Shown here one piece after another: positions 18,775 to 28,693 of a stretch of DNA of 64,000 nt. Numbering within the stretch: position 1 is the stretch's first letter; the number at the start of each line of letters is the position of its first letter. This DNA comes from a virus, in IMG/VR virus record IMGVR_UViG_3300024263_000001, positions 1-64,000 of that record, one strand, 5' to 3'. The position numbers were made by a program, and so were the translations under genes. The notes under the pieces were generated by a model that did not search any database, was not told where the DNA came from, and worked only from the letters and a program-made list of their open reading frames with translations.

Positions 18775-20370
18775 CTATTCTAAAAGCCTGTCAATGGCTT
18801 CTCTCAATCTTGAAAGATCTCTAAAGTCCTCATTAACAATTCTATCAAGATCTGATTGAATTTGTGTAGTTAATCCTGACACTTCATCTACTCTTATCCG
18901 CAACTGTTTATATTTGGCTTCCCAATCAGGGGCGGGAACTTCAGCTCCTTGTTCCAAATCAACGTCCCAGAAGAGATTATACTTTGGCACAAACCTCCTG
19001 AACCAAACATTGATAATCCAGTCTTCCATTGAGGGCCAGTAGGCACCGCCAGTATAGTAATAGTATGCACCTCTTAGATTTCCATTAGCGGAGTTCAATT
19101 TACTTTTCAGTTTCCTTAACCCCTCAATAATATTCGTATAAGGATCTTTTAATTGTTCTATGGTTTTATCTGTGTGTTCTGCTACAACACCACAGAGCCC
19201 GACGGCGTGGAGTTTACGCCCCGTAGGTATGCCATCCTTCTTCTCATCAAATTCATTCACAAAGTTGGGATCACAGGGATCCTTTTCATTGGCAATAATA
19301 ACCGCCATCACCTTTGCTGGCGAGACAGGAATCCCCTTGTAATCTGGAATTGGCACATTATAATCCCTAGTTGCCCTTCCCACTTCTTTCTTGAATCTAG
19401 CCACATCAGGTCTAACATTCTTCCAGACATCCATTGGTTTCTCCTCCCAATATACTTGCCCCTCTATCAGCTGACCTAATTGGGGTAGTATCGGCCCCAC
19501 ATGATAGCCACCCGTATTCCATTCACTTTCTCTGCCTGCATAGCAGAAGGTATGGTGGGAAAAAACCCCTGGCTTGTGGTAGGTGTCATCGTGGGCGGCT
19601 TGGTGTGCCTGAATATATCCTTTGTCACTTAAAATGTTTTGATACCCATAGGGCTCGCCTCGCATCGGGTCGCCCTCTGGGAGTGCGTTCGTCCATATCT
19701 TCCCATCCAAGATTCCCTCGCCGATGATGACGGGGGGAATCTGGTCAAGTGTTCCCATTATTTGACCTATTCGGTCAAGTTGATGCTCCCAGTGCCCTAT
19801 TCTCCATTTATAGCCCTGATCTCTGGAAGTGAAGACCCAGGGCCAATCATACTCATTGAACCCAAGCGCATCTACATAAGGTAACGCATCTGCATATATC
19901 TCCCACAGCCCCAGGTTGCCCTTGAGGATATGAGATTCGGAGAAGCAGAAGTTCATGGAGAGGAAATCATAGGCGTGCATAACATCTGCAAAGCCATATT
20001 CTAAATTTGTCAGCTTGCGAGCATCACCAGATGACCCTATCCAAGGAAATCCAGGCTCATTATAGGAATGTCCCATTAAAGGATTTGGCATATCCTCGAA
20101 GGGAAAAAGGCACTTGACAACACGCCACGGTAGCGGTTCCTTCCCCTCCCCTATCCCATCTGGCCAAGAGCGGAATATCCAGAGGGTCTTAGGCGAGGCA
20201 TCCATGGCCCTTCGCATGGCATCTATCTCATTGTCCTCCCAAGGACGCCCTGGCCTTGCCTGGCCCCGCTCGTTTACCACGATTATGCTAACTGGTTTAT
20301 ACTTTGCGACCCAGTTCAAAACTTCATCGTGAACTCCGATAGAAACTAGGCTAAGTTTTGGGAGTCCCAT
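18775..20370 (-). CDS. Putative endolysin: glycoside-hydrolase-like N-domain, SLT-like lytic transglycosylase, coiled coil
   Basis: 'AVIIANE...AVGLCGV...LKDPYTNIIEG..L......GN...A...Y.GG' SLT pattern; N-domain 'YNEP', 'DALGFNEY', 'PVIIGE'. Confidence 0.65.
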   Translation of the reverse strand: MGLPKLSLVSIGVHDEVLNWVAKYKPVSIIVVNERGQARPGRPWEDNEIDAMRRAMDASPKTLWIFRSWPDGIGEGKEPLPWRVVKCLFPFEDMPNPLMGHSYNEPGFPWIGSSGDARKLTNLEYGFADVMHAYDFLSMNFCFSESHILKGNLGLWEIYADALPYVDALGFNEYDWPWVFTSRDQGYKWRIGHWEHQLDRIGQIMGTLDQIPPVIIGEGILDGKIWTNALPEGDPMRGEPYGYQNILSDKGYIQAHQAAHDDTYHKPGVFSHHTFCYAGRESEWNTGGYHVGPILPQLGQLIEGQVYWEEKPMDVWKNVRPDVARFKKEVGRATRDYNVPIPDYKGIPVSPAKVMAVIIANEKDPCDPNFVNEFDEKKDGIPTGRKLHAVGLCGVVAEHTDKTIEQLKDPYTNIIEGLRKLKSKLNSANGNLRGAYYYYTGGAYWPSMEDWIINVWFRRFVPKYNLFWDVDLEQGAEVPAPDWEAKYKQLRIRVDEVSGLTTQIQSDLDRIVNEDFRDLSRLREAIDRLLE

Positions 20371-20653
20371 TTTTCATTTCCTCCTTCATAGGACAAATTG
20401 CTTCATAAAACATTTCATCCCTGCGCTCCCCTTTATGAGTACGAGCAGGCCGATTGCATACAGAACAGTAATCCATAAATTTCTTTTGAAAGTAAATAAC
20501 TCTAATGAGCCTTCCTCGGTCATGCCCACAAGAGAGTCGCTGAATCGCTTGGTAAGGATCGAAACTATAGGCAACCAGCCCACAAGGACATTCACATTTC
20601 CAGGCCAGAAGGGGATAAGGCATTGGTTTTATCTCTCTGGTCTTTCTTTTCAT
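20351..20653 (-). CDS. Cys-rich hypothetical protein
   Basis: CECPCG, CSVC; overlaps the endolysin start. Confidence 0.5.
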   Translation of the reverse strand: MKRKTREIKPMPYPLLAWKCECPCGLVAYSFDPYQAIQRLSCGHDRGRLIRVIYFQKKFMDYCSVCNRPARTHKGERRDEMFYEAICPMKEEMKNGTPKT

Positions 20654-20749
20654 CCCCAGACCCTTATCATACTATTCAAAACACTTCTCATCGTCGCTAC
20701 GGGCTTCTAAGGGGCCTCTCCCCCGCCTAGATTTCGCATAGGTTGCCTT

Positions 20750-20929
20750 CTAGGAGGTAGACGATGGGGTTTCCTTCTCCAGTTTATCAAGTGGCATTAA
20801 CTTATCAGAACACTCATCACAGAAATAAAGCGCCCGAAACATTGTCGGCATGGGCCGCGAGAGTTTCCCCCCACACTTACAACAATCTTTAACAAACGGC
20901 TCTCCTTTCCCATACTCCTCACAGCTCAT
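20750..20929 (-). CDS. Small zinc-finger protein (59 aa, not in ORF track)
   Basis: Translated by hand: MSCEEYG...CCKCGG...FCDECSD; overlaps RuvC stop. Confidence 0.5.
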   Translation of the reverse strand: MSCEEYGKGEPFVKDCCKCGGKLSRPMPTMFRALYFCDECSDKLMPLDKLEKETPSSTS

Positions 20930-21452
20930 TTTCTTTCTCCTTTAGATAAACCAACCCTTGGCAGATCGCATCTGCCTCATGCTGAGATAAATGTTCATTC
21001 CCCGTCCATTGGCGGGCATAAGCAAGGGCTCCTTGTTTTCCTTTTATTTTTAACTTACTTCTTACACTAAGAACATTCATCTCTTTAACAGGGATATCAG
21101 ATTCATAAGCAGACATTTTGATAATCCCACATATTTCTCCATTTCTAGTAGAGCGGAAACGACCAAAGGCAGGCTCAATGAGCATTATACCAAAAGTGTG
21201 GCGGAGTTTCAAATTCCAGAGATGACTCCAGAGTGATTTGTATCTGCCCGCCTCACCAAGATCTTTCTGGAAATCCATTACTCCACTTTCAAGAAGTATA
21301 CTGTGAAAAACGCAGGGCAATTCAATAGGAGGATGAAGGACTGCCCACCCCAGTTTCCAGCCTGGGTCGATACTGAGAATGGTTCGGGGAATTACCTCTA
21401 TCCAAGATATCTCATCTTCAGGTTTTATCTTAATCGAAGATTTTATTTCCAT
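20919..21452 (-). CDS. ruvC: RuvC-like Holliday junction resolvase
   Basis: ILSIDPG..LGWAV, LIE, K..K and HEADA motifs. Confidence 0.8.
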   Translation of the reverse strand: MEIKSSIKIKPEDEISWIEVIPRTILSIDPGWKLGWAVLHPPIELPCVFHSILLESGVMDFQKDLGEAGRYKSLWSHLWNLKLRHTFGIMLIEPAFGRFRSTRNGEICGIIKMSAYESDIPVKEMNVLSVRSKLKIKGKQGALAYARQWTGNEHLSQHEADAICQGLVYLKEKENEL

Positions 21453-21685
21453 TTCTTATCTCGAAGGCCCCAAAGAAAAATATAGCCCGCCGCCACCGCT
21501 AAATACCCTTTCCATTTCTTTTTCCTCCTGTAGTTATTTAACATCTCAACGATTTTATCATAGAACTCATCTGCTTCCAAATCCTTGAAGGTATCTGGTC
21601 CATACTTGGCTTCCCCGAATTTGAGACTGTCCCATATCTCATGGAAGAATATCTTAAATTGGTCTTTGTATTCCATTAGAGGCAT
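21443..21685 (-). CDS. Hypothetical protein, possibly nucleotide pyrophosphohydrolase-like
   Basis: Probable start MPLMEY after AAGGA RBS; 'GEAKYG' motif; function weakly supported. Confidence 0.4.
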   Translation of the reverse strand: MPLMEYKDQFKIFFHEIWDSLKFGEAKYGPDTFKDLEADEFYDKIVEMLNNYRRKKKWKGYLAVAAGYIFLWGLRDKKWK

Positions 21686-21695
21686 TTCCTTCTCC

Positions 21696-21977
21696 TTAAT
21701 ATAGGGAATCGGCAGGAGCACCAAATATAGTCTCAGCCCATTCAATAGATGATGAATTTTCATTGAGGGGACGATTAGGCGCAAAATCGGGAGCATATTT
21801 CAGTTCCCCTACCAGTACGGATTGTTCTTTGGTTAGTTCCAGGTATGCATCTGCTTTCTTTCCACATGCTGGGCAAACATAAAGGATTGATGTTCCCAGC
21901 AATTTTTTAGTTCTGTTAGAAACTTGTATGTAATCATCCTCTCCACAGACAATACATCCACATCTTAATAATTCCAT
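21696..21977 (-). CDS. Zinc-ribbon protein
   Basis: CIVCG and CPACG; start MELLRC after AGGAGG. Confidence 0.55.
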   Translation of the reverse strand: MELLRCGCIVCGEDDYIQVSNRTKKLLGTSILYVCPACGKKADAYLELTKEQSVLVGELKYAPDFAPNRPLNENSSSIEWAETIFGAPADSLY

Positions 21978-22204
21978 TATAGAGCCTCCTTTATTGTAAA
22001 GACCGCACCAAGAGCACCAAAAAGTGCAGGGCGACTCTCCACTCTTTTTTCTATATACCAATCCCAAAGTATGTCTGCCAATCTTAATTGTGATGCCGTT
22101 GTTACATTCTTAAATTTCTTGATGATCCCACTTTTTAGGGTACATATAACGAGGGATGGTTCATATTGTATATAGATCTTTCGTTGAAGTGTTCTTTCTA
22201 TCAT
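21977..22204 (-). CDS. Hypothetical protein
   Basis: Coupled to both neighbours. Confidence 0.45.
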   Translation of the reverse strand: MIERTLQRKIYIQYEPSLVICTLKSGIIKKFKNVTTASQLRLADILWDWYIEKRVESRPALFGALGAVFTIKEAL

Positions 22205-22551
22205 AATATCTCCTCATAATATGCCTTCATTAAATCTGACATTAGTTCCCAAGGTGCTATAGCAAAACATAGTGGGGAGCGGGCATTATCATCCAGACAA
22301 ATCTGGAAGATTCCAATCCGATTACTGTCTATTGCTTTGTCGAAATGATCTTCCAACATTGAGCGGCGGAGGGTAACTTGTTTCTTGGCTGTCGTTTTCC
22401 CTTCAATCAGGAAACCATCGGCGATGAGTCCCTTAGTGGGCGGGCCTTTAACATCTCCTTTGGCTTGCCATCGGGCTCCACTTGCGGGTTGTCGTTTCCC
22501 ACCAGTTTCCTTGGCTATTCGTTCCTCTTGTTTCTTACTCTTTTTTGTCAT
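22201..22551 (-). CDS. PD-(D/E)XK nuclease, Hjc-like resolvase
   Basis: 'KQEERIAK..GG..QPASGA....KGDV...FLIEGKTT'. Confidence 0.7.
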   Translation of the reverse strand: MTKKSKKQEERIAKETGGKRQPASGARWQAKGDVKGPPTKGLIADGFLIEGKTTAKKQVTLRRSMLEDHFDKAIDSNRIGIFQICLDDNARSPLCFAIAPWELMSDLMKAYYEEIL

Positions 22552-22698
22552 TTCCCTTTTTCGAGCAATCACATAAATGACCATCAATTTCATCTGACTT
22601 TTTGGGAAAGGGATTTATTTTTATTTCCCCAACTTTTCTACTTTCACCCGGTGACATTTGTATCCAACCACCACATTGTTTGCAAGTTTTACATATAA

Positions 22699-23682
22699 TC
22701 ATTTCTCCTCCATTTTCTTTCTTACCTCTAAATATAGACTCTCATATATCTCTGGGTCTTGTAACAGCTCTCTGAATTTGGATGCTCTAATCTTATCCCC
22801 TTTATATTCAATCCACCCTCCCCCTGATGTTGGAAGAACCTTAAACTTACGGATAGCCCATATTAAATCTTCAATGAGATTAAACTCTCTCTTAACAAAT
22901 GAGAAATCTACTTGTCCTTGACGGAAGGGCGGGCCAACCTGACTTTTGGCAGTTCTAAATTTCATAGTGTAGCCAATTACATCCTTGTCCTTATCCTTTA
23001 TCCAACTCCCTTTCTTAACTTCTAATCTGATACTAGTAAGATGTTTAATCTGCTTGCCCCCAGGTTGAATCTGTTGCCCAGGGATGAAAGAACCAATGGC
23101 ATCTCTCATTTGATTGATAAGAAGAACAGTCGCTTGATCCTTTCGATTAAGACTATTCCAGATAGGAAGAGCCTTATTCCATACTTTAGCAGAGATAGCA
23201 ATAGTCTTCTTAGTAGCGGGGGCATCGGCAACCTCTTTCATTATAATGGAGGGGACAGAATCAATTACAATAAGCACTTTGCGTTCTTGGTTCTCAATAA
23301 GAGATGATATAAGTTCAATAAGAGTATCCCCTATATTGATATTTGAGACCATAACTTTAGCCCTATCCACACCCAAATAGGAGGCAAACTTGGAATCTAA
23401 TTTCCTCTCAGCATCGAAAAAGAAAACAGAGATACCTTGTCGCTGGGCGATGGAAACAAATCTAAGGGCTAGGGTAGTCTTCCCCGAATTTTCTCTCCCA
23501 AAGAATTCAGTAAAACGTCCCAAGGGAAGACCACCCCCCAACACCCAGTCAACCGCAAGGATGCCACTTTCGATGAACCCTGGTCTTTCAGGGATCCCCA
23601 GACGGATAACACCCTTCCCATGCTCCTTCTCTAGTTGTTTAACTAGAGATTTGAGAGCGGCGGGGGATTTATCCTTTGTCAT
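22699..23682 (-). CDS. recA: RecA/UvsX-like recombinase
   Basis: GGGLPLGRFTEFFGRENSGKTT Walker A, DAE, VIDS, INQMR, GG..IKH..SIRL; start taken at MTKDKS. Confidence 0.92.
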   Translation of the reverse strand: MTKDKSPAALKSLVKQLEKEHGKGVIRLGIPERPGFIESGILAVDWVLGGGLPLGRFTEFFGRENSGKTTLALRFVSIAQRQGISVFFFDAERKLDSKFASYLGVDRAKVMVSNINIGDTLIELISSLIENQERKVLIVIDSVPSIIMKEVADAPATKKTIAISAKVWNKALPIWNSLNRKDQATVLLINQMRDAIGSFIPGQQIQPGGKQIKHLTSIRLEVKKGSWIKDKDKDVIGYTMKFRTAKSQVGPPFRQGQVDFSFVKREFNLIEDLIWAIRKFKVLPTSGGGWIEYKGDKIRASKFRELLQDPEIYESLYLEVRKKMEEK

Positions 23683-24155
23683 TTCCAACTCCAAGAACGG
23701 ATTGTTGGTGCCTTTGTCTGCGTTGCCCCCGTCCATATAACAATACAAGAAGGGAAGGGGGCAGAGGATTTGGCCCCCACAAATTTGACCCTCCCTCTAA
23801 TAAACCAAATTTGTTGTGCTCTCATTACAAAACTATGCCACCATTTAGTATCTGTTCTGGCAGGTAATAGAGCAACAACAGTTATACTATGTTCCCGTGC
23901 CTCCCAAAACGCCTTTGCAACCCAATCATCTATTTCTCGGCCATAAGGAGGGTTCATCCAACAAATCTTGTCCTCCCAAGATTGCTTTAGGCTATCATCC
24001 TCAAGGTTAAAAAATTGCTCGCACTTAGTATTATTCTTGGTAGCACATACATCCAAGTCAAAATGAAATATCTTATCCAATGTACCAAAAAGATCTTGTG
24101 GTGTTTCCCATTCACCACTTTTTGAAGAGAAGAGAGATGGGTTAAGAGTCACCAT
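23679..24155 (-). CDS. Phage DNA N6-adenine methyltransferase (Dam-type)
   Basis: WETPQ, FDLDVCA, WMNPPYG, LLPARTDTKWWH, GRVKF, APFPS. Confidence 0.9.
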   Translation of the reverse strand: MVTLNPSLFSSKSGEWETPQDLFGTLDKIFHFDLDVCATKNNTKCEQFFNLEDDSLKQSWEDKICWMNPPYGREIDDWVAKAFWEAREHSITVVALLPARTDTKWWHSFVMRAQQIWFIRGRVKFVGAKSSAPFPSCIVIWTGATQTKAPTIRSWSWK

Positions 24156-24319
24156 CGAATCCAAGGTACTGTTATTCCAAATACTATGGGGACCGCAACG
24201 AATAGGAACAATATAAAGAGGATGATGTGTCCTGCTATCCATAGGGTTCCAAATCTTGCTTCATAAGGCAACTCTGCCCAAGAATTACCTCCCCATAAGC
24301 GCCGTAATATGAATCTCAT
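24149..24319 (-). CDS. Small membrane protein
   Basis: One long hydrophobic segment; coupled to neighbours. Confidence 0.45.
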   Translation of the reverse strand: MRFILRRLWGGNSWAELPYEARFGTLWIAGHIILFILFLFVAVPIVFGITVPWIRW

Positions 24320-24936
24320 TTCGTTTCTTTTACCCATTTGATACATTTCTTGAACATATCTCTATAATCATCAATCTTATCTCTGTTTCTATCCACAAAG
24401 TCGGGGGTCCAGGTCCCGTAAACTGTAAAGTCTATACCCCAATTGAAGGGATCAGGGAATGTAGTGAATCTATCGAACTCCCCCCCTAATACTTCCCAAG
24501 TTACTTTTCCGAGGGCGATAATGAGTCGAGGTTTCACAATTCCTAACTCTGCATAGAACCGCCCCTTACATCTTCTAAAGTAATAGGATTGAATATTAGT
24601 AACATCATTATTCTTAATAGCACACTTAACCAAACAAGTTAGGAAACTTTCTTTTAGCGGGAACTTGGCTTTCATTCCAAGCCATTGAATGAATCTTTCG
24701 CTCTTTTTATCCCCAAAGGCAGTAAGAGTTGTTTGTCCCTTGAAGACGGGCTGGGTTCCGACTACCATATAAGTTCGGGGTTCTAACCAGCCCGCTACAA
24801 TTTTACCTCCACTATGAGGACACCATCCCCCAGTCTTACCAGTTATCTTTCCTTCCTGGGGTGTATTTCTTGGCCCCAGCCCCCGCTCACAATTCTGACA
24901 ATTTTGAAGAGCATTGTCCCATTCGGTTCTAACCAT
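24316..24936 (-). CDS. Uracil-DNA glycosylase family 4-like protein (degenerate motifs)
   Basis: CxxC, 'MVVGTQP', 'LTCLVKC', 'EL..VKPRLIIALG'. Confidence 0.7.
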   Translation of the reverse strand: MVRTEWDNALQNCQNCERGLGPRNTPQEGKITGKTGGWCPHSGGKIVAGWLEPRTYMVVGTQPVFKGQTTLTAFGDKKSERFIQWLGMKAKFPLKESFLTCLVKCAIKNNDVTNIQSYYFRRCKGRFYAELGIVKPRLIIALGKVTWEVLGGEFDRFTTFPDPFNWGIDFTVYGTWTPDFVDRNRDKIDDYRDMFKKCIKWVKETK

Positions 24937-25126
24937 GTATCTCTCCTTGCCATTTCCTCCACTTCTCGGCAGTTTCTTTATCTCTTTCTTCAACAATGAA
25001 CTGATAAGTAGAAAGATCAGCGAATAACCTTCCAGTTATATCAATGAATATCAAATGTTCGCTCAGGACTTCATTTATTTCTTCTTCGGCATATTCCCAG
25101 ATATTTTTAATTTTTATCATGTCCAT
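24929..25126 (-). CDS. Hypothetical protein
   Basis: Overlapping ORF chain. Confidence 0.45.
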   Translation of the reverse strand: MDMIKIKNIWEYAEEEINEVLSEHLIFIDITGRLFADLSTYQFIVEERDKETAEKWRKWQGEIHG

Positions 25127-25362
25127 AACCTTTTCTCCAATTCTCGAATGAGTTCCTTGTTAGACGTTTCATTCAGAAATGCCCGACGAATGAGATTAAC
25201 CGTTGCTCTCGGAAAATAGTTCTGTAACATAGTGAATAAACTCAAAGCATCATCTTGTATCCATCCTTGATCTTCATTTAATGGCGGGCGGGGGTGAACT
25301 GTTATCTCTATTTTCCCTTCTTGGTTTATCGTTCCAATAGTATGAAAACTATAGAGGATCAT
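25117..25362 (-). CDS. Hypothetical protein (weakly similar to 34566-34832)
   Basis: 'DA..LF..L....P..TV' pattern shared. Confidence 0.5.
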   Translation of the reverse strand: MILYSFHTIGTINQEGKIEITVHPRPPLNEDQGWIQDDALSLFTMLQNYFPRATVNLIRRAFLNETSNKELIRELEKRLWT

Positions 25363-25622
25363 TTCCCCTCCTCTTTGCGAAGGGCGATGAAGGTACTTGC
25401 ATCATCATGTAACATCCGAGCCATCCAGTCCCTATTCTCTATGTTGGCACTCTTGGGCCATTCCCATCGCCCCACCACTCTCAACTCTTCATCCAACCGC
25501 CCATCACGGACGGCGGAGAGAACAAGTCTAATAATTTGCGATGGGCTTTTATCGGGCAACCTGTTCTCTTTTCCTGCTTTATATACATCTCTTATTTCTT
25601 TTATCAATTCCTCTGGCATCAT
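25359..25622 (-). CDS. Hypothetical protein
   Basis: Start MMPEEL overlapping the polymerase stop, GGAGG RBS. Confidence 0.5.
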   Translation of the reverse strand: MMPEELIKEIRDVYKAGKENRLPDKSPSQIIRLVLSAVRDGRLDEELRVVGRWEWPKSANIENRDWMARMLHDDASTFIALRKEEGK

Positions 25623-27877
25623 TTCTTTTTCCTCCAATGTATCTTGAACTGACCCCATTCCACATCTGGAAAAACTACATTAAGAATTCTCATTGTGGGT
25701 TTCATTATTTTTCTATCCCAATAATAATCGAGGGCGGCCTCGCCTCTATATTCTTCAAGAAGAACCCCTTCCAGTTTCTTCTGCTTGGGTGGCCCTTCCG
25801 TAATTACATATTGTATGTTAATACCAGGATAAAATGGCTTTCCATCCTCTATCATTCGGGAGGCTATCCTTGCATATACCAAATCTGACTTATACTCAGC
25901 AGGGTATTTGCTTACCATCACGCTGATTGCCAAATCCTCCCCCCTTAGTGGTCCCTTTATAAATTTGGATTTATTCTCAACCAACCATTGTTTGAAAAGT
26001 TCGGGGTCCTCATCCCCGCTAGGGGCGATTAGCATATCGTAAAGTTCTTCGAGGAGTCTTACAGTATAAGGTATAGTATTTCTCTTAACACTCTCCAATC
26101 CCTTTACATCAATGAAATCGGCGGGGTGCTCACCACTCTGGATGACATGTCCAAAGTAATTCTTCTTCCCACAGATAACCAATTTATCATAGACGGTTTC
26201 TAATTTTATATCGAGGATCGGATGTTTAATACCAAAGTCTTCTTTAAGTGCTCTTTTCAGGGTTCGGGCATACATATCCATCATATTATCTAATCCCCAC
26301 TGTTCTCCATCATAGACAATACCAATTGAATCCGTATCCCCGAATATAATCTCAGCCCCCTCAACAGGTTCAAAAAATCCTTTTGCCAGGTTCAAGAAAT
26401 AATGACCTACCAAGGTTACGGACTCGGCAATCTTGGGATTAAAATACCTGCTTCCTTGCTGGGCCATCACACCATAGACGGCATTTGCCATTGCTTTGGC
26501 TACTGCCTGACCTACATCATGAACTTGATATTCTGGAGTATCAATGTCCATAATGGATTGGGCGGCCCGCAACCCCTCCCGATACTCATTGAATCCTTGA
26601 ATCACAGATGGAATAATCCCCATTGGCTTTTTCTTATAATAGAAATCATTAACTGAACGATAACAACCTCTTTCTTTCTCTTCTCTGAAGGTCTCTGGGC
26701 TGATATTCCATGTTATTATGGTACTTGGGTACAAGGATTTGAAGTCATATACATAGACCATCTTATGATAACCCACTCTAGGTTCCAAGACTAGACCACC
26801 TTTAATTGCTGTTAAATGGCCCTTCCTCCGCCAGAATATGGTGGGGAAACGATGATTACTAATACCTTTCCTACGTTGCCTCTCAGACTCTCGGAGGGCG
26901 GCCATATCTATAATCTTACCCGTACCACGATACTGTCTGCTTATGGCTCGCATGGTTGTCCCACTCAACATGGCCTGTTGGATGAGGGAATTAACCATAC
27001 CTGTCTTTTCATCTAATTCCTTGATCAACCTTACATCGTTGAGATTATATTCTTTCAATTTCTCTCTATCATGATTGAATAGTTCGGTCATTTGACCGAC
27101 ATAATTTTCCTTCGTTTTTCCAAGCATCTGCTCGGCCACGTTTTTGAGACTCCATCCTCTTATCCTCAACTTCGAGAAATAAAGTGAGACAACAAACCGA
27201 TGAAGAAGATCAATATCTGCAACCTTCCAGAGAACATCCCTTAATCCATACTGCTCGAATCTTTTACGAAGATATGGCCAATCGAATTTACTTGAGTTCC
27301 ATCCAACGGCAATGTCAAATGAAGATAATATGCGGCCAACCTTAACTAGTAACTTTTCTTCATCATCCTCGGCTACCCATAATTCTTTCCCCTCCCTGTT
27401 TATGAACCCACAACATAGAATTCGATATTTGCCAATTTCAATTCTCTTTTCCGTGTCATCAGTCTCAATGTCAAAGTAGACAATCTTATAATTATCTGCT
27501 ATGGGAATAAGGTTATCTATACAGTACCTATCGGCGAGCGAGAGGTCTCCTTCAAGTGGTTTAGCCCCCGATGCTATGATTTTTTCTAGGAGTTGCTGTT
27601 TGACTGCCCTTTCAGGGTAAGTGTGGCGATTGCTGTAGACACGCACATATTTACCTACGGGATCCATCTCCGTTTTCCTAATCAACCCTTGCAACCGCCA
27701 TTCCGTTAGTTGTTCCATGTCTAGTTTATTATAATCATCCTTCGTCAATAAGAAATACCAAGAGGTCGGGACCTGAGAAATCCTTCGCTTTCCATCATCG
27801 CCTCTTCTTACCAGGGATACGGTCTCGTTATCAGTTGTCCAAGCATCCAGAATCCCAGGTCCCGACTCTTCTACCAA
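25619..27877 (-). CDS. polB: DNA polymerase family B
   Basis: Exo motifs FDIETD, GWNS.KFD, YN..DV; polymerase motifs YDFKSLYPS, K.MANAVYG, GDTDS, KKNY, KGLE. Confidence 0.95.
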   Translation of the reverse strand: MVEESGPGILDAWTTDNETVSLVRRGDDGKRRISQVPTSWYFLLTKDDYNKLDMEQLTEWRLQGLIRKTEMDPVGKYVRVYSNRHTYPERAVKQQLLEKIIASGAKPLEGDLSLADRYCIDNLIPIADNYKIVYFDIETDDTEKRIEIGKYRILCCGFINREGKELWVAEDDEEKLLVKVGRILSSFDIAVGWNSSKFDWPYLRKRFEQYGLRDVLWKVADIDLLHRFVVSLYFSKLRIRGWSLKNVAEQMLGKTKENYVGQMTELFNHDREKLKEYNLNDVRLIKELDEKTGMVNSLIQQAMLSGTTMRAISRQYRGTGKIIDMAALRESERQRRKGISNHRFPTIFWRRKGHLTAIKGGLVLEPRVGYHKMVYVYDFKSLYPSTIITWNISPETFREEKERGCYRSVNDFYYKKKPMGIIPSVIQGFNEYREGLRAAQSIMDIDTPEYQVHDVGQAVAKAMANAVYGVMAQQGSRYFNPKIAESVTLVGHYFLNLAKGFFEPVEGAEIIFGDTDSIGIVYDGEQWGLDNMMDMYARTLKRALKEDFGIKHPILDIKLETVYDKLVICGKKNYFGHVIQSGEHPADFIDVKGLESVKRNTIPYTVRLLEELYDMLIAPSGDEDPELFKQWLVENKSKFIKGPLRGEDLAISVMVSKYPAEYKSDLVYARIASRMIEDGKPFYPGINIQYVITEGPPKQKKLEGVLLEEYRGEAALDYYWDRKIMKPTMRILNVVFPDVEWGQFKIHWRKKK

Positions 27878-28527
27878 GCCTCCTCTTCCTCCTCAGATTC
27901 TTCGAGGAATTCAAGTTCATCCTCTGGGGCTCCCTCAGTTACAGTAACGAAGCCTTTACCCACATAACCCTTGCTCAGAATGTCCGAAATCTCATCTGGG
28001 TCTCTCCTTTCATATTCCTTGTGGGCGGCCTCGTTTGCTTCTTCAATATCTGATTTACTTACCTCCTTTGGTTTAGGGTACTTGCTCTTCTTCACGGGCA
28101 CGACAGTCCATCTCGTCTTAAACCCAGTACCACTACGGCTAATCTTGAAAGGTATGCTAAGGATGGTATCTTCCTCTTCAAATACTGCGAAGAGTTGATT
28201 CATGAGTGTTATCCCGAAATCACGAAGGACAATTCTGCCATCCTGAGTAACCATGATAAACCGTCCTCTACGGGACTTCCTACGCATATTCTCATCGGGA
28301 TGGTTACAGAGCGGACAGCCCTCACCAGTACAACTAAACTCATACCATCTGCCTCGATACTGGATTCTCTTGCCGTGTCTCCAAGCCTTGGGGATTTCAA
28401 GGAGATCTTCGGTGAAGTACACAACGACAGACTCCCCATCCTCCACTCGGAGGAACCCCGTCCCGCTTGGTTTCCAGAATTCCTGAAGCTCTTCTATTTC
28501 TTTGTCCTTCTTACTTTTCCTTCCCAT
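27871..28527 (-). CDS. gp32-like single-stranded DNA-binding protein
   Basis: H...C....CPLC zinc motif, 'KISRSGTGFKTRW', acidic C-terminal tail. Confidence 0.75.
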   Translation of the reverse strand: MGRKSKKDKEIEELQEFWKPSGTGFLRVEDGESVVVYFTEDLLEIPKAWRHGKRIQYRGRWYEFSCTGEGCPLCNHPDENMRRKSRRGRFIMVTQDGRIVLRDFGITLMNQLFAVFEEEDTILSIPFKISRSGTGFKTRWTVVPVKKSKYPKPKEVSKSDIEEANEAAHKEYERRDPDEISDILSKGYVGKGFVTVTEGAPEDELEFLEESEEEEEAW

Positions 28528-28693
28528 TTTCTTTTTTCTCCTTAAGGATACTTTCTAGGATCCGCGATAATCTCGCCCCATAGAGGAACCAAGCATCCGC
28601 TTGACCATCTACATAGCCCAGTTCCCCAATTAGGGTTTCGCAGAGTCCTTCTACGATTATTATCTTTTTATCGTTTTCTTCCTTTAGTCTCAT
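28511..28693 (-). CDS. Hypothetical protein
   Basis: Probable start MRLKEE overlapping the upstream stop. Confidence 0.45.
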   Translation of the reverse strand: MRLKEENDKKIIIVEGLCETLIGELGYVDGQADAWFLYGARLSRILESILKEKKENGKEK

